From Planctomycetota bacterium (GTDB lineage Bacteria; Planctomycetota; Phycisphaerae; Phycisphaerales; Phycisphaeraceae), in assembly GCA_039199695.1 (NCBI GenBank), contig JBCCST010000010.1, positions 16,635 to 80,634 of the forward strand: a DNA stretch of 64,000 nucleotides, in the 5' to 3' direction. The notes beneath the pieces were generated by a model, which searched no databases, was not told where the DNA came from, and was given only the letters and a program-made list of their open reading frames with translations. Positions 8,464 to 18,196 of the stretch are shown piece by piece (positions within the stretch are counted from its first letter, which is position 1; every line of letters starts with the position of its first letter). The position numbers and the translations under genes are program-made.

Positions 8464-10329
8464 ATGCAATTCTGGCTCTACGACCACAGCAACAACCTCC
8501 GTCATACCCTCGAGGCCGAGGGCGACCCGATCAACATCGGGCGTGACGATGGCTGTGACATCGTGCTCAAGAGCGCCTTCGTCGCCCCGCGGCACGCCCG
8601 CATCTTGCGCAAGGGCAACCGCATGGTAGTCGAAGCGCTCAGTCAGGCCGGCACCCGCGTCGCCAACCGCGAGGTGCAAAAAGGCGCGCCGATGCTCGTG
8701 GACTTCGGCGACGAGATCCAGATCGGCCAGTTCACCATCGCCATCGTCGGCCGCAACGGCGAGGCCGTCGACACCCGCACCGCCGACGAAGATCGCCTGC
8801 AGGCCCGGCTGATGGAACTCGAACAAGAAGTCCACGCCGAGTTGCTCGAACGCATGAACCTCCGCGTCACGGGGAGCATCCGCAAGGACGACGACGCGTT
8901 CCTCAACCAAGTCCTCTTCCACCTCGACGAAGTGTTGGAGTCTCGCGTCAATGCGCTCGAGCCGGGCATGATCCGACTGGCCTGCATGCACCACCTGCAC
9001 CGCCTGGTCACCGCGGAGGTGGTGCGGCAATGCCAGGGCAAAGTCCAGACCGAATACAAGTCCGGCGACGACCGCCTGCTCAACGCCGCGTTTGAAACGC
9101 AGATCACCGAACTGGTCACGTCGTTGGTCGACATGATGCCGTTGCTGTTCGACCCGTCGAGCGTCAGCGAAGACCTCGCGGTGGCCGAGGACTCTTTCGA
9201 CGAGTTGTTCGAGAAGGAATACCCCACGCTCGACCGCGAGGTGACGCGGTACATCGTCCAACGCACCGTCGCCAAAGACATCCAGGACATCATGCTCGGC
9301 CTCGGCCCGCTGCAAGACCTCCTGGAGATGCCGTCGGTCAGCGAGATCATGGTCGTCGGCAAAGACCGCATCTACATCGAAAAGAACGGCATCATTCAGC
9401 CGACCACGCGAACGTTTTTCTCCGACGACGTGTTGCTGTCGATCATCGAACGCATCCTCGCGCCCGTCGGCCGACGCGTCGACACGTCAACACCGCTGGT
9501 CGACGCCCGCCTCGCCGACGGCAGCCGGGTCAACGTGGTGATCCACCCCTTGTCGCTGGTCGGGCCCTGCATGACCATCCGCAAGTTCGGCTGGGTGCCG
9601 TTCACCATGGACGACCTGGTCGAGCGCGGCGCGATGAGTTCCAACGTCGCGCGGTTCCTGCAGGGCTGCATCGTCGGCCGATCCAACATCGTCATCGCCG
9701 GCGGTACCGGCTCGGGCAAGACCACCCTGCTCAACGTCTTGGGCGCCTACGCCCGGCCCAACGAACGGATCATCACCGTCGAAGAGTCGGCCGAGCTCCA
9801 ACTTCCCCAACCCCACGTCGTCAAACTCGAAGGCCGACCCGCCAACATCGAAGGAAAGGGGGCGTACAGCATCCGCGAACTCGTCCGCAACAGCCTGCGG
9901 ATGCGCCCCGACCGCATCATCGTGGGCGAGGTCCGCGGCCCGGAGGCCATGGACATGCTCCAGGCCATGAACACCGGCCACGACGGCTCGCTCTCGACCG
10001 TCCACGCCAACAACCCCCACGACGCGATGAAACGACTCGAAGCGTTGGTACTCATGGCCGTGGAGATGCCCATGCGGGCGATCCGCGAACAGATCGTCAC
10101 CGCCGTCGACCTCGTGGTTCAGGTCACCCGTTTCGCCTCCGGCCACCGCCGTGTCACCGCGATCTCCGAAGTGACCTCCATCGACCCCGAGACCGGCACC
10201 ATCCGCCTCGAAGACATCTTCACCCTCAAAGACCCCAAGCAACCCACCCTCCGCCACACTGGCTACATCCCCACGTTCGCCGAAGAAATGGTCGAACGCG
10301 GCGACTTCGACGTGGACGTTTTTCTCTAA
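8464..10329 (+). CDS. cpaF: FHA-domain-fused CpaF/TadA ATPase, copy 2
   Basis: N-terminal FHA fold ([25 protein letters not shown]), Walker A GGTGSGKT, Walker [12 protein letters not shown] and His box [12 protein letters not shown]. Confidence 0.9.
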   Translation: MQFWLYDHSNNLRHTLEAEGDPINIGRDDGCDIVLKSAFVAPRHARILRKGNRMVVEALSQAGTRVANREVQKGAPMLVDFGDEIQIGQFTIAIVGRNGEAVDTRTADEDRLQARLMELEQEVHAELLERMNLRVTGSIRKDDDAFLNQVLFHLDEVLESRVNALEPGMIRLACMHHLHRLVTAEVVRQCQGKVQTEYKSGDDRLLNAAFETQITELVTSLVDMMPLLFDPSSVSEDLAVAEDSFDELFEKEYPTLDREVTRYIVQRTVAKDIQDIMLGLGPLQDLLEMPSVSEIMVVGKDRIYIEKNGIIQPTTRTFFSDDVLLSIIERILAPVGRRVDTSTPLVDARLADGSRVNVVIHPLSLVGPCMTIRKFGWVPFTMDDLVERGAMSSNVARFLQGCIVGRSNIVIAGGTGSGKTTLLNVLGAYARPNERIITVEESAELQLPQPHVVKLEGRPANIEGKGAYSIRELVRNSLRMRPDRIIVGEVRGPEAMDMLQAMNTGHDGSLSTVHANNPHDAMKRLEALVLMAVEMPMRAIREQIVTAVDLVVQVTRFASGHRRVTAISEVTSIDPETGTIRLEDIFTLKDPKQPTLRHTGYIPTFAEEMVERGDFDVDVFL

Positions 10330-10332
10330 ACC

Positions 10333-11184
10333 ATGCACAACCCGCCGCTGTTCATCCTGCTCAACGTCTGCGTCTTTGCCGCCGCGTACCTGCTCGTGCG
10401 CCACGGCAAAGAACCCGCCGTACGTTTCCGAGAACGTCAGGAACTCGGCTACGACCGGGTGCTGCGTCGGCAGCTCATGATGGAGATCGAGCCCCGGCAG
10501 GCCTTCACGATGGCGATGTCGGGCATCGCGGTCGCGGTGGTTTTCGCGTTTCTCCTGACGTTTAACCTCTTCGTTGCGGTGGTGTGCGGCGCGATCGCGT
10601 ATTTCATCCCGACGGTCGTGGTGCGGCACCTCGAATTCAAGCGCCGCAAGCAGCTGGAATCGCAACTGATCGACGGGCTCACCACGATCTCGGCCGGGGT
10701 CAAGGCCGGGTTGAACCTCGTACAATCGATGGAGATGCTCGTCGACAACCAGACCGGGCCGATCAAACAGGAGTTTGCCCAACTCCTCCGCGAGTATCAG
10801 ATGGGTCGCGACCTCAACCAAGCGATGCAATCGGCGGCCAATCGGATCGGCTCACCGTTGTACCGCCTGACCTTCACCGCGATCGAAATGCACCGGCTGC
10901 GTGGCGGCGACACGGGTGAAAGCATGGACCGGCTCGCCGAGGCCGTCCGTGAAATCAAGAAACTCGAAGGCAAGCTCGACGCGATCACCGCGCAGAGCCG
11001 GTCGCAGGCCTCGATGATGGCGGTGATGCCGTTTGTGTTCATCTTCATCCTCTACATCATCGATCCCGCGGGGATTCAGCTGCTGTTTACCGAGACCATC
11101 GGTCGGGTGCTTCTGCTGATCGCCGCGGCCTTGATCCTCGGGGCGTTTCTGTGGATCCGGAAAATCATGGCGGTGGATATCTAA
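10333..11184 (+). CDS. tadB: Tad inner-membrane platform protein TadB
   Basis: T2SSF-like segments (QLIDGLTTISAGVKAGLNL..GPIKQEF..GGDTGESMDRL) and position directly after cpaF. Confidence 0.85.
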   Translation: MHNPPLFILLNVCVFAAAYLLVRHGKEPAVRFRERQELGYDRVLRRQLMMEIEPRQAFTMAMSGIAVAVVFAFLLTFNLFVAVVCGAIAYFIPTVVVRHLEFKRRKQLESQLIDGLTTISAGVKAGLNLVQSMEMLVDNQTGPIKQEFAQLLREYQMGRDLNQAMQSAANRIGSPLYRLTFTAIEMHRLRGGDTGESMDRLAEAVREIKKLEGKLDAITAQSRSQASMMAVMPFVFIFILYIIDPAGIQLLFTETIGRVLLLIAAALILGAFLWIRKIMAVDI

Positions 11185-11187
11185 GCG

Positions 11188-12087
11188 ATGAGCCTCGAGC
11201 AGTTGTTTATCTCGGCGATCGTGTTTGCGGGCGTGTTCCTACCGATCTACGCGATCTTCCGCTACCCGGTGCCCACCGCACCGCCGGTGAACCGGCGGAT
11301 CGCCCGGGCGATGGGGGCCGATCGCGCCACGATCTTTGAGCAGCCGCTGCTCGCGCCGATCCTCAACTTTATCGTCGCGATCGCCAGCCGATTGAACCTG
11401 CCCAAAGTCCGGGCCGACATCCGACAAGACCTCGACGCGTCCGGAAACGCATCCGGCTACAGCGTCGAGCAGTATCTGAGCCTATGCGTATTGTCGGGGT
11501 TGACCGTAGCGTTGCTCGCGGGCTTCGGCGAGTTGTGGCTGGGCGGCGGGCTGCTCCTGATCGTGTTGCCGCTGGGGGCGGCGGGCGGGTTTTATGTGCC
11601 GTTGATCCTGCTGCACGGCGCACGCAACCGCCGGGTGATCCGTATTGCCAAGCAGTTGCCCTACACCCTTGATCTGATCGCGTTGGTGATGGCCGCTGGC
11701 TCGAGCTTCGGCGAAGCGGTCCAGACGCTGATCCGCGACAACCCCGAAGACGAACTCAACCAGGAACTCAAGATCGCGTTGTCGGAGATCGAGTACGGCT
11801 CGACCCGGGCGGCGGCGCTCAAAAACCTGGGCACGCGCATCCCGCTCGAAAGTCTCCGTAGCGTTATCGCCTCGGTCAACCAAAGCGAGAAGCTCGGCAC
11901 GCCCATGGCCGCCGTCCTCAAAGTCCAGGCCGACATGCTGCGGGCGCATCGCGGCGTGATCGCCGAGAAAAAATCCGCCTCGGCCAGCCTGCGCATCCTC
12001 GTGCCGTCGATGATGATTATGATTTCGGTGGTGGTCATCGTGTTCGCGCCGATGATCATCCGCTACATCAAAGGCGACTTGTTTTGA
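11188..12087 (+). CDS. tadC: Tad inner-membrane platform protein TadC
   Basis: QLPYTLDLIALVMAAGSSFGEA..EIEYG..EKLGTPMAAVL motifs typical of TadC. Confidence 0.85.
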   Translation: MSLEQLFISAIVFAGVFLPIYAIFRYPVPTAPPVNRRIARAMGADRATIFEQPLLAPILNFIVAIASRLNLPKVRADIRQDLDASGNASGYSVEQYLSLCVLSGLTVALLAGFGELWLGGGLLLIVLPLGAAGGFYVPLILLHGARNRRVIRIAKQLPYTLDLIALVMAAGSSFGEAVQTLIRDNPEDELNQELKIALSEIEYGSTRAAALKNLGTRIPLESLRSVIASVNQSEKLGTPMAAVLKVQADMLRAHRGVIAEKKSASASLRILVPSMMIMISVVVIVFAPMIIRYIKGDLF

Positions 12088-13061
12088 ATGCTCAACTCCT
12101 CGAAGTCACGATCACCGCCGGGCCGAGCGCCGGCCAGCGGATGCGGGTGAACCAGTCGCCGGCCAGCTTCGGCCGCGGGATGGACAACCCGCTGGTCATC
12201 GATCTGGCGACCGTGTCGCGGGTGCACGGCGAGCTGCGCTTTAAGGACGACCGCTGGGTGGTCGCCAACCTCTCCAAAAACGGCACGAAGCTTAACCACC
12301 GCTCAGTCGGCCGTAAGCCGCGGCCGCTGCGCGACGGCGACCACATCGTCGTCGGGAATCAACCCGTGATGTCGGTCGTGCTGCGCGAAGGCAACGGCGA
12401 GGGGCCAACGATCACGGAGGCCGCTGACGCGGCAGCAAATGACGTCGGCACCGCCAACGCGGCCCCGCCCCGGGCGGGGATGAGCCCACGGACCAAGCTG
12501 TGGCTGGCGATCATCGGGTTCTGGGTGGTGGTGTTCGGCGCGGCGTTTTTTGTGTCCAGCGGGGCCGACAACGGCGAGGCTCGGACCGGACCGGGCATTC
12601 CCATGTTGACCGACCGTCAGATCGCCGAAGCCATCCGGGCCCAACTTCCGGATCAGGAAGCCTCACCGCGCACGGCCGCGCAACACTTTGACGAGGCCGA
12701 GGCGTACTACGGCCTGATCAACGCCGACCCGCAAAACGCCTTCCGCGCGCTCTACGCCTACAAAACCGCCTTGTCCTACGCCTACGGCGATCGTTTCACC
12801 GACGACCGCGACGACTGGGGCGGTAAACCGGCGGCCGATCTCGCCATCGCTCAGAAACGCTACGGCGAACTCGAAGCCCAGCTGATCGCTGACGTCCAAC
12901 GTCTCTACAAAGATGCCCACGGCAAACTTATGGACCGGCGCTACAGCGAGGCTAGACTAGGGTTTGATAAAGTCTTTCGTCTATACAACGACCCGCAGAG
13001 CCCAATCTACCGCAACGCCCTGAAACAACGCGACCTCGCCCGGCAACGCCAAGACAACTGA
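12084..13061 (+). CDS. FHA domain-TM-helical (TPR-like) protein
   Basis: Canonical FHA residues (FGR, VSRVH, SKNGT), one TM ([19 protein letters not shown]) and a helical C-terminus. The TTG start overlaps the tadC stop. Confidence 0.85.
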   Translation: MNAQLLEVTITAGPSAGQRMRVNQSPASFGRGMDNPLVIDLATVSRVHGELRFKDDRWVVANLSKNGTKLNHRSVGRKPRPLRDGDHIVVGNQPVMSVVLREGNGEGPTITEAADAAANDVGTANAAPPRAGMSPRTKLWLAIIGFWVVVFGAAFFVSSGADNGEARTGPGIPMLTDRQIAEAIRAQLPDQEASPRTAAQHFDEAEAYYGLINADPQNAFRALYAYKTALSYAYGDRFTDDRDDWGGKPAADLAIAQKRYGELEAQLIADVQRLYKDAHGKLMDRRYSEARLGFDKVFRLYNDPQSPIYRNALKQRDLARQRQDN

Positions 13062-13117
13062 GTTTATGCACCGCTCTGATCTTTGCCTTTCTCGATACCC
13101 CCAAGAAGCGACTCCCG

Positions 13118-14359
13118 ATGAACCGCCCCGCCACCGTAACCACCTCTGCCGCCGCTCCCGACGCAACCTCCGTGCCCGACACCGAGGGACACTTCGGCGC
13201 CTTCGGCGGCAGCTTCATCCCCGAGACGCTACATAAAGCCGTCGCCGAGCTCGGCGAGGTGTACGCCGTCGCGAAGGACGATCCTGCTTTTCAACAGCAG
13301 ATGACGGAACTCAACCGTGACTACATCGGCCGGGCCACGCCGCTGCAGTTCGCGCCACGCCTGACCGAAAAGGCTGGCGGCGCGCAAATCTGGATCAAGC
13401 GCGAAGACTTGGCCCACACCGGGGCGCACAAGATCAACAACGCTATCGGTCAGTGTCTGCTGACGATCCGCATGGGCAAGCATCGCATCATCGCCGAGAC
13501 CGGGGCCGGCCAGCACGGCGTCGCCACCGCCACCGCCGCCGCGAAGTTCGGCCTCGACTGCGAAGTCTTCATGGGCACCGAAGACATGCGCCGCCAACGC
13601 CCCAACGTACTGCGGATGCGGCTCATGGGAGCCAAAGTCACCGGCGTCGAATCGGGCAGCAAGACCCTCAAGGACGCGACCAACGCCGCGATGCGCGACT
13701 GGATGGCCACCAGCGAAAACACCCACTACACCATCGGGAGCGTCGTCGGACCCCACCCCTTCCCGATGATCGTACGCGACTTCCAATCGGTCATCGGCAA
13801 GGAAACCTATGGCCAATGCCTCGACCAGCTCGGCCGACTGCCGGATTGCATCACCGCGTGCGTCGGCGGCGGGTCGAACGCCGCGGGCATGTTCCACCCC
13901 TTCGCCACGAACCCCGACGCCCAAGACGTCAAACTCGTCGGCGTCGAGCCCGGCGGCGTCGGCACCGAGTTTGGCAAGCACGCTGCTTCGCTTTCCTACG
14001 GCGAACCGGGCGTCCTGCACGGCTCGCTCTCCTACGTCCTCCAAGACCACGACGGCCAAACCGCGCCGGTCCATTCGGTCTCCGCGGGCCTGGATTACCC
14101 GGGCGTCGGCCCCGAACACGCTTACTGGAAAGACTCGGGCCGGGTGACCTACGCCAGCGTGACGGATACCGAAGCCCTCGACGCTTTCCAACTCATGTCC
14201 AAGCTCGAAGGCATCCTGCCCGCGCTCGAATGCAGCCACGCCATGGCCCACACGCTCAAACTTGCGGCCGACATGCCGAAGGATCAGATCATCGTGATGA
14301 ACCTCAGCGGCCGCGGCGATAAAGACCTCGACGAGGTCGTCCGCGTCCTGAAGATGTGA
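13118..14359 (+). CDS. trpB: Tryptophan synthase beta chain
   Basis: [15 protein letters not shown] (PLP lysine), [15 protein letters not shown] and [13 protein letters not shown]. Confidence 0.97.
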   Translation: MNRPATVTTSAAAPDATSVPDTEGHFGAFGGSFIPETLHKAVAELGEVYAVAKDDPAFQQQMTELNRDYIGRATPLQFAPRLTEKAGGAQIWIKREDLAHTGAHKINNAIGQCLLTIRMGKHRIIAETGAGQHGVATATAAAKFGLDCEVFMGTEDMRRQRPNVLRMRLMGAKVTGVESGSKTLKDATNAAMRDWMATSENTHYTIGSVVGPHPFPMIVRDFQSVIGKETYGQCLDQLGRLPDCITACVGGGSNAAGMFHPFATNPDAQDVKLVGVEPGGVGTEFGKHAASLSYGEPGVLHGSLSYVLQDHDGQTAPVHSVSAGLDYPGVGPEHAYWKDSGRVTYASVTDTEALDAFQLMSKLEGILPALECSHAMAHTLKLAADMPKDQIIVMNLSGRGDKDLDEVVRVLKM

Positions 14360-14420
14360 TCACAACAGCAAACTCGGTAGAGATGTTTAGAGTTCGGCGC
14401 GAGAAACAGCCAGCCTTGCT

Positions 14421-15404
14421 TTACCGTTCTGACCACTCCTCGTACCCCCCGTCGTATAACGCCACCTCGTAACCCAGATGCTTCAAGATCACCCAAGCCA
14501 TAGAGGCGTGGATACCCGCGGTGTCGTAGATGATCAACGACCGATCGGGATCAAGCCCCGCGTCCACCAGTAACCGACGGATTTCGGCTTCCGGCTTCAT
14601 CCAAGGCGGGTTGTGGCCAGCCAGTACGGAGTCCCAAGGGAAATTAATGGCACCTTCAATTCGGCCACGCTTTTCGACCCCGGCGGACCGCCGCTCGCCG
14701 CTGAACTGCGAAGCGGGACGGACGTCCACCACGAAAGGTCCGTTTTCATCCGCCAAGGCTTTCTCGACGTCGGCCGCCGTGGCCAACACGCCCGGCTGGA
14801 TGGAAGCGCTCCACGAAGTCGGCTCGGCTGGAGCGGACAACTCGGTGGTGGCGGGTAACCCACGGGCTTTCCAGCCCTTCATCTGGCCGTCGAGTAAATA
14901 CATCTCGGCGTTGAGACCAAAGTACTCCAACATCAGATAAACCCGCGCCGCGAACACGCCCGAGGAATCGCCCAGCAGAACAACCGTGGACGAATCGTCG
15001 ATACCCAGCGACCGCACCAGCGCCTCGGCTTGGGCAGGCGGTGGCATCTCCACGTGCAGGTCTTGACCGATGAAAAGATCAAGAAACTCGGCGTACCGTG
15101 CACCGGGTAGGTGCGCCCGGCGGTAAGTACCATCGCCGTGGCCGACATGGACGAGGACCAGCCCCGGGTCATCAAGCCGGTTGAGGAGTTCATCGGGCGA
15201 AATGATCCGACTTGGGTTGATACGTTCGGCTTCGATGATTGGCGGGGCTTCAGCCGGGGCGGCTGATTCTTGCACCACGCTCTGACACCCAGCCAGAATC
15301 ATGACAACAGCGCAACTGGTTAACCTAGCAAGCCGATGCCGCCAAGCAGAAATCTCGCCGAGGAAAGCTAGGCGGTCAGAAGTGTTGAAGGACAAAACGC
15401 TCAT
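14421..15404 (-). CDS. Tandem-rhodanese-domain lipoprotein lacking the catalytic Cys
   Basis: Lipobox ILAGC and rhodanese motifs (AHLPGARY, VVDVRP..QFSG, GRIEGAINFPW, YDGGYEEW). The active-site loop reads IIYDTAGIHAS. Confidence 0.8.
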   Translation of the reverse strand: MSVLSFNTSDRLAFLGEISAWRHRLARLTSCAVVMILAGCQSVVQESAAPAEAPPIIEAERINPSRIISPDELLNRLDDPGLVLVHVGHGDGTYRRAHLPGARYAEFLDLFIGQDLHVEMPPPAQAEALVRSLGIDDSSTVVLLGDSSGVFAARVYLMLEYFGLNAEMYLLDGQMKGWKARGLPATTELSAPAEPTSWSASIQPGVLATAADVEKALADENGPFVVDVRPASQFSGERRSAGVEKRGRIEGAINFPWDSVLAGHNPPWMKPEAEIRRLLVDAGLDPDRSLIIYDTAGIHASMAWVILKHLGYEVALYDGGYEEWSER

Positions 15405-15423
15405 CGCGTCAGTGTAGCCCAAC

Positions 15424-17160
15424 TCAAGCCGAGCGCGGACGACGCAGCATCACCAAGCCACCCAGTGCGATAAGGCCCGCCGTGGCGGGCTCGGGGATGA
15501 ACGTCACGGCGGCTTGTCCGGGCAGCGTGTTGCCGAAGTTGTCGGCCCACACGGTGTAGTCCGCCGCGTCGATCACGCCGTTGCCGTTGCCGTCGGCTTC
15601 CAAGTCGACCATCGAGCCGAAGTTGTCGGCCCACACGGTGTAGTCCGCCGCGTTGACCTCGCCGTCGCCGTTGTAATCGCCCAGGAGGACGGAAGGCCAA
15701 TCGAGTTCCATCGTGAAGAATGCGCGGTTGGTCCCGCCGGTGACGTTGGTGCGTGCCTGTAAAGCGAGGGTCGCCGATTCGTTGGCGTCGCGGTCGGACA
15801 ACGCGATTCCGCCGGTTAGGTCGAAGAGGCTTCCGTTGTCGGTTGAGTCTCCGGGGGCGAGCACGGTGTTGCCGTTGACGATGATCGACTCGTCATAGAT
15901 GAACGCGACATCGCCCTGATTGTTGATGGTCACGCTCGTAATGGACTCGCTGGGCGAGAGGTTGCGAAATACTTCTTGCCCATTGATCAGCAGCAACTCG
16001 GAGTAGTCTGGGTCATCACCGTCGTTCTGGAATTCGGGGTTGCCGATTTCGATCACCACCGCGTAGTCGCCCGAGTCGTTGACATCAAAACTCCCGAGAT
16101 CGCGGATCCTGACCGGGTCACCCCCGCCCCCGACTTCGTTGGCGTAAACCTCGTCGTCTTGGATGAGCGTGCCCGCGGACGTGGTTAGGAAAGAATTGTT
16201 AAGCACCAGCCCTCTAGTGATCCCGTTAGGCTCGGCTACACTCGGATCAGGGTCGAGGTTGATCTGGATGTTGATATTGGGGTCGACGTCCACTTCCGTG
16301 ATGTAGTTCGAGCCGGAATCGGAGACCCGTACCGCGCCCAACGGCTGAATATCCAAATCACTGGAACCTGAGGGCTGGATCTCGGCTGGCCCCAGCACCA
16401 AATCCGAACCGATGGGGTTGGTCAGTGTGTCTCCCGACTTCAACAGGGTGCTGTAGTCACCGGTTTGGCTGTCGTAGCGGAAGATCGCCTGATCGATCAC
16501 GGCACCGGTCCGCCCGTCGAGCGGCGATCCCGGGGCCGAACCGGTGAGCGTCTCGCTGGTGGTAAACGTCCCGAGAAAGAACACGTCGCCATCCTCGGCG
16601 ATATCAACGAAACGTAAGCCGGACGTGCCGTCGTCGAACTGGGCTCCCGTGTTCACCCCGGCCGAGAGCGGGACCGCGGTGCTCTCGGCGACCAGCAGGG
16701 TGTCATCGAGGAAGATACCGTCGGGTTCAAACTGAGCCCCCGTCGAGAGCTTTGCGCTGTAGCCCAGTTGACCGGCGGCGTTCAAACGCCCCGAGCCCAA
16801 CGCGGTCGTCGTGGTGGTGCCGGTGCCCTCGGCCAGCACGACCCCCGGGCTGGCGGGGTCGCCGCCGTAAAAACGGTCGGTGCGGACCGTTTCAAAATTC
16901 GTGAAATCGAAGAAAGTCGTGCTTGCCCGGGCCACCACCTGTCCGTCGGATGAGATCGACGGCGTACCTGCCAACGATGAAACACTGGCCTCGGGGAACG
17001 AATCATCGTCGCCGATCAAACGGATCGGCGTCGTTGACGAATCGGGGCCGGGGTTTAAGTACTGGGCACCAGCCGATCCAGCCAAGATATATCCGACTGC
17101 TGCCGCGACTAAACACAAAGCTGCCGAGTGCCGACACTTTAAGAAGTTAAAACCAACCAT
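15424..17160 (-). CDS. Secreted protein with a planctomycete-type dockerin-like duplicated motif and a PEP-CTERM sorting signal
   Basis: Signal peptide, GDYNGDGEVNAADYTVWADNFG repeated as GNGNGVIDAADYTVWADNFG, and C-terminal IPEPATAGLIALGGLVMLRRPRSA. Confidence 0.85.
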   Translation of the reverse strand: MVGFNFLKCRHSAALCLVAAAVGYILAGSAGAQYLNPGPDSSTTPIRLIGDDDSFPEASVSSLAGTPSISSDGQVVARASTTFFDFTNFETVRTDRFYGGDPASPGVVLAEGTGTTTTTALGSGRLNAAGQLGYSAKLSTGAQFEPDGIFLDDTLLVAESTAVPLSAGVNTGAQFDDGTSGLRFVDIAEDGDVFFLGTFTTSETLTGSAPGSPLDGRTGAVIDQAIFRYDSQTGDYSTLLKSGDTLTNPIGSDLVLGPAEIQPSGSSDLDIQPLGAVRVSDSGSNYITEVDVDPNINIQINLDPDPSVAEPNGITRGLVLNNSFLTTSAGTLIQDDEVYANEVGGGGDPVRIRDLGSFDVNDSGDYAVVIEIGNPEFQNDGDDPDYSELLLINGQEVFRNLSPSESITSVTINNQGDVAFIYDESIIVNGNTVLAPGDSTDNGSLFDLTGGIALSDRDANESATLALQARTNVTGGTNRAFFTMELDWPSVLLGDYNGDGEVNAADYTVWADNFGSMVDLEADGNGNGVIDAADYTVWADNFGNTLPGQAAVTFIPEPATAGLIALGGLVMLRRPRSA

Positions 17161-17355
17161 CTTTCTCAATCCGTGTGCTTATAAACGCTCGCTTGGCGTC
17201 CAACGAGGCATGGATTAGACGTCACCAATCTCTTGCCAACTACCCAAACTTATATAACATAGGAGCTTGCCCTGGAACCTGCAAGCCTAAAACATAAGTG
17301 ATTACGAGTATAGACTACGGGGTGGTGGCCCACATATATGCCCATCCATTGAGGT

Positions 17356-18174
17356 TTGATGTTGATGTACCCCTCCGCTTTCCGCTTAAATCGAAATCCC
17401 TCTTCAGCGTTCACTCTGATCGAACTGCTCGTGGTCATTAGCATCATCGCCCTGCTGATCGGTATCCTCCTGCCCGCACTCGGAAAGGCTCGCGCCAGCG
17501 GCCGTCAAATCGCCTGCCTCGCCAACGTTCGCAGCATCTTTCAGGGCGGAGCGACCTACGCCACTGACTACAAAGGCTTCTTACCCCACGGCAATCAAGT
17601 CGGCTACCACGCCTACCACATCGCACCGGGCCAAGCCTTTCCCACTTCGACCCACCAGACTGGCTTAGCGAACGGCACAATCAATGCAATGGGCGTAGCT
17701 GCGGCGCTTGAAAAAGGGGACCATATGGTGGGCTCAGGCCCGGCATGGATATGCCCCTCGGCCATCCCCGAAATGCAGGATTACGGCAATACATACCTAG
17801 TTAGGCCATCATTCGCCCCGAATGATCCTTCGTTAGGCACCGACGAACAATGGAAAAATATCGCGGCTACACCTTATGACGAAATGGAATTCAGATACAG
17901 GCAAGACGCCGGCGCAGACGTGAAAGTCTGGTACGTTCAAGACAACCGCAATACGGCAGCAGCTCCGGCGATTGATCAAGCCACACTGGATGCCAATGCT
18001 AATAATCCTACATGGTCTGGTTTTGGACCTTTCGGTGGACCTGGCCCATTCGCTGGTTTCGATCCGGTTAATGAGCCGCATGCAATCGGGCAACTCACTA
18101 ATTTTGATTCATTAAACGCAGCCTTCATGGATGGTTCAGCGGCGTTACGTGGTAATGTGAGAAATTTCCAATAA
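17356..18174 (+). CDS. Prepilin-type N-terminal cleavage/methylation protein (DUF1559/H-X9-DG-like)
   Basis: A^[36 protein letters not shown], an internal WICPS and a C-terminal PH...NAAFMDGS. The exact start (17356/17359/17365) is uncertain. Confidence 0.85.
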   Translation: MMLMYPSAFRLNRNPSSAFTLIELLVVISIIALLIGILLPALGKARASGRQIACLANVRSIFQGGATYATDYKGFLPHGNQVGYHAYHIAPGQAFPTSTHQTGLANGTINAMGVAAALEKGDHMVGSGPAWICPSAIPEMQDYGNTYLVRPSFAPNDPSLGTDEQWKNIAATPYDEMEFRYRQDAGADVKVWYVQDNRNTAAAPAIDQATLDANANNPTWSGFGPFGGPGPFAGFDPVNEPHAIGQLTNFDSLNAAFMDGSAALRGNVRNFQ

Positions 18175-18196
18175 ATTTAACTCTGCTGTCGAGGTC

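Noticed and set aside
14523-14525. Selenocysteine at the rhodanese active site
   Set aside because: The codon is GAC (Asp), not TGA.
15532-15653. Identical 38-bp direct repeat with a 46-bp spacer, resembling a mini-CRISPR
   Set aside because: There are only two copies, the 84-nt period is in frame, and both encode the duplicated dockerin-like motif AADYTVWADNFG. No cas genes or leader are present.
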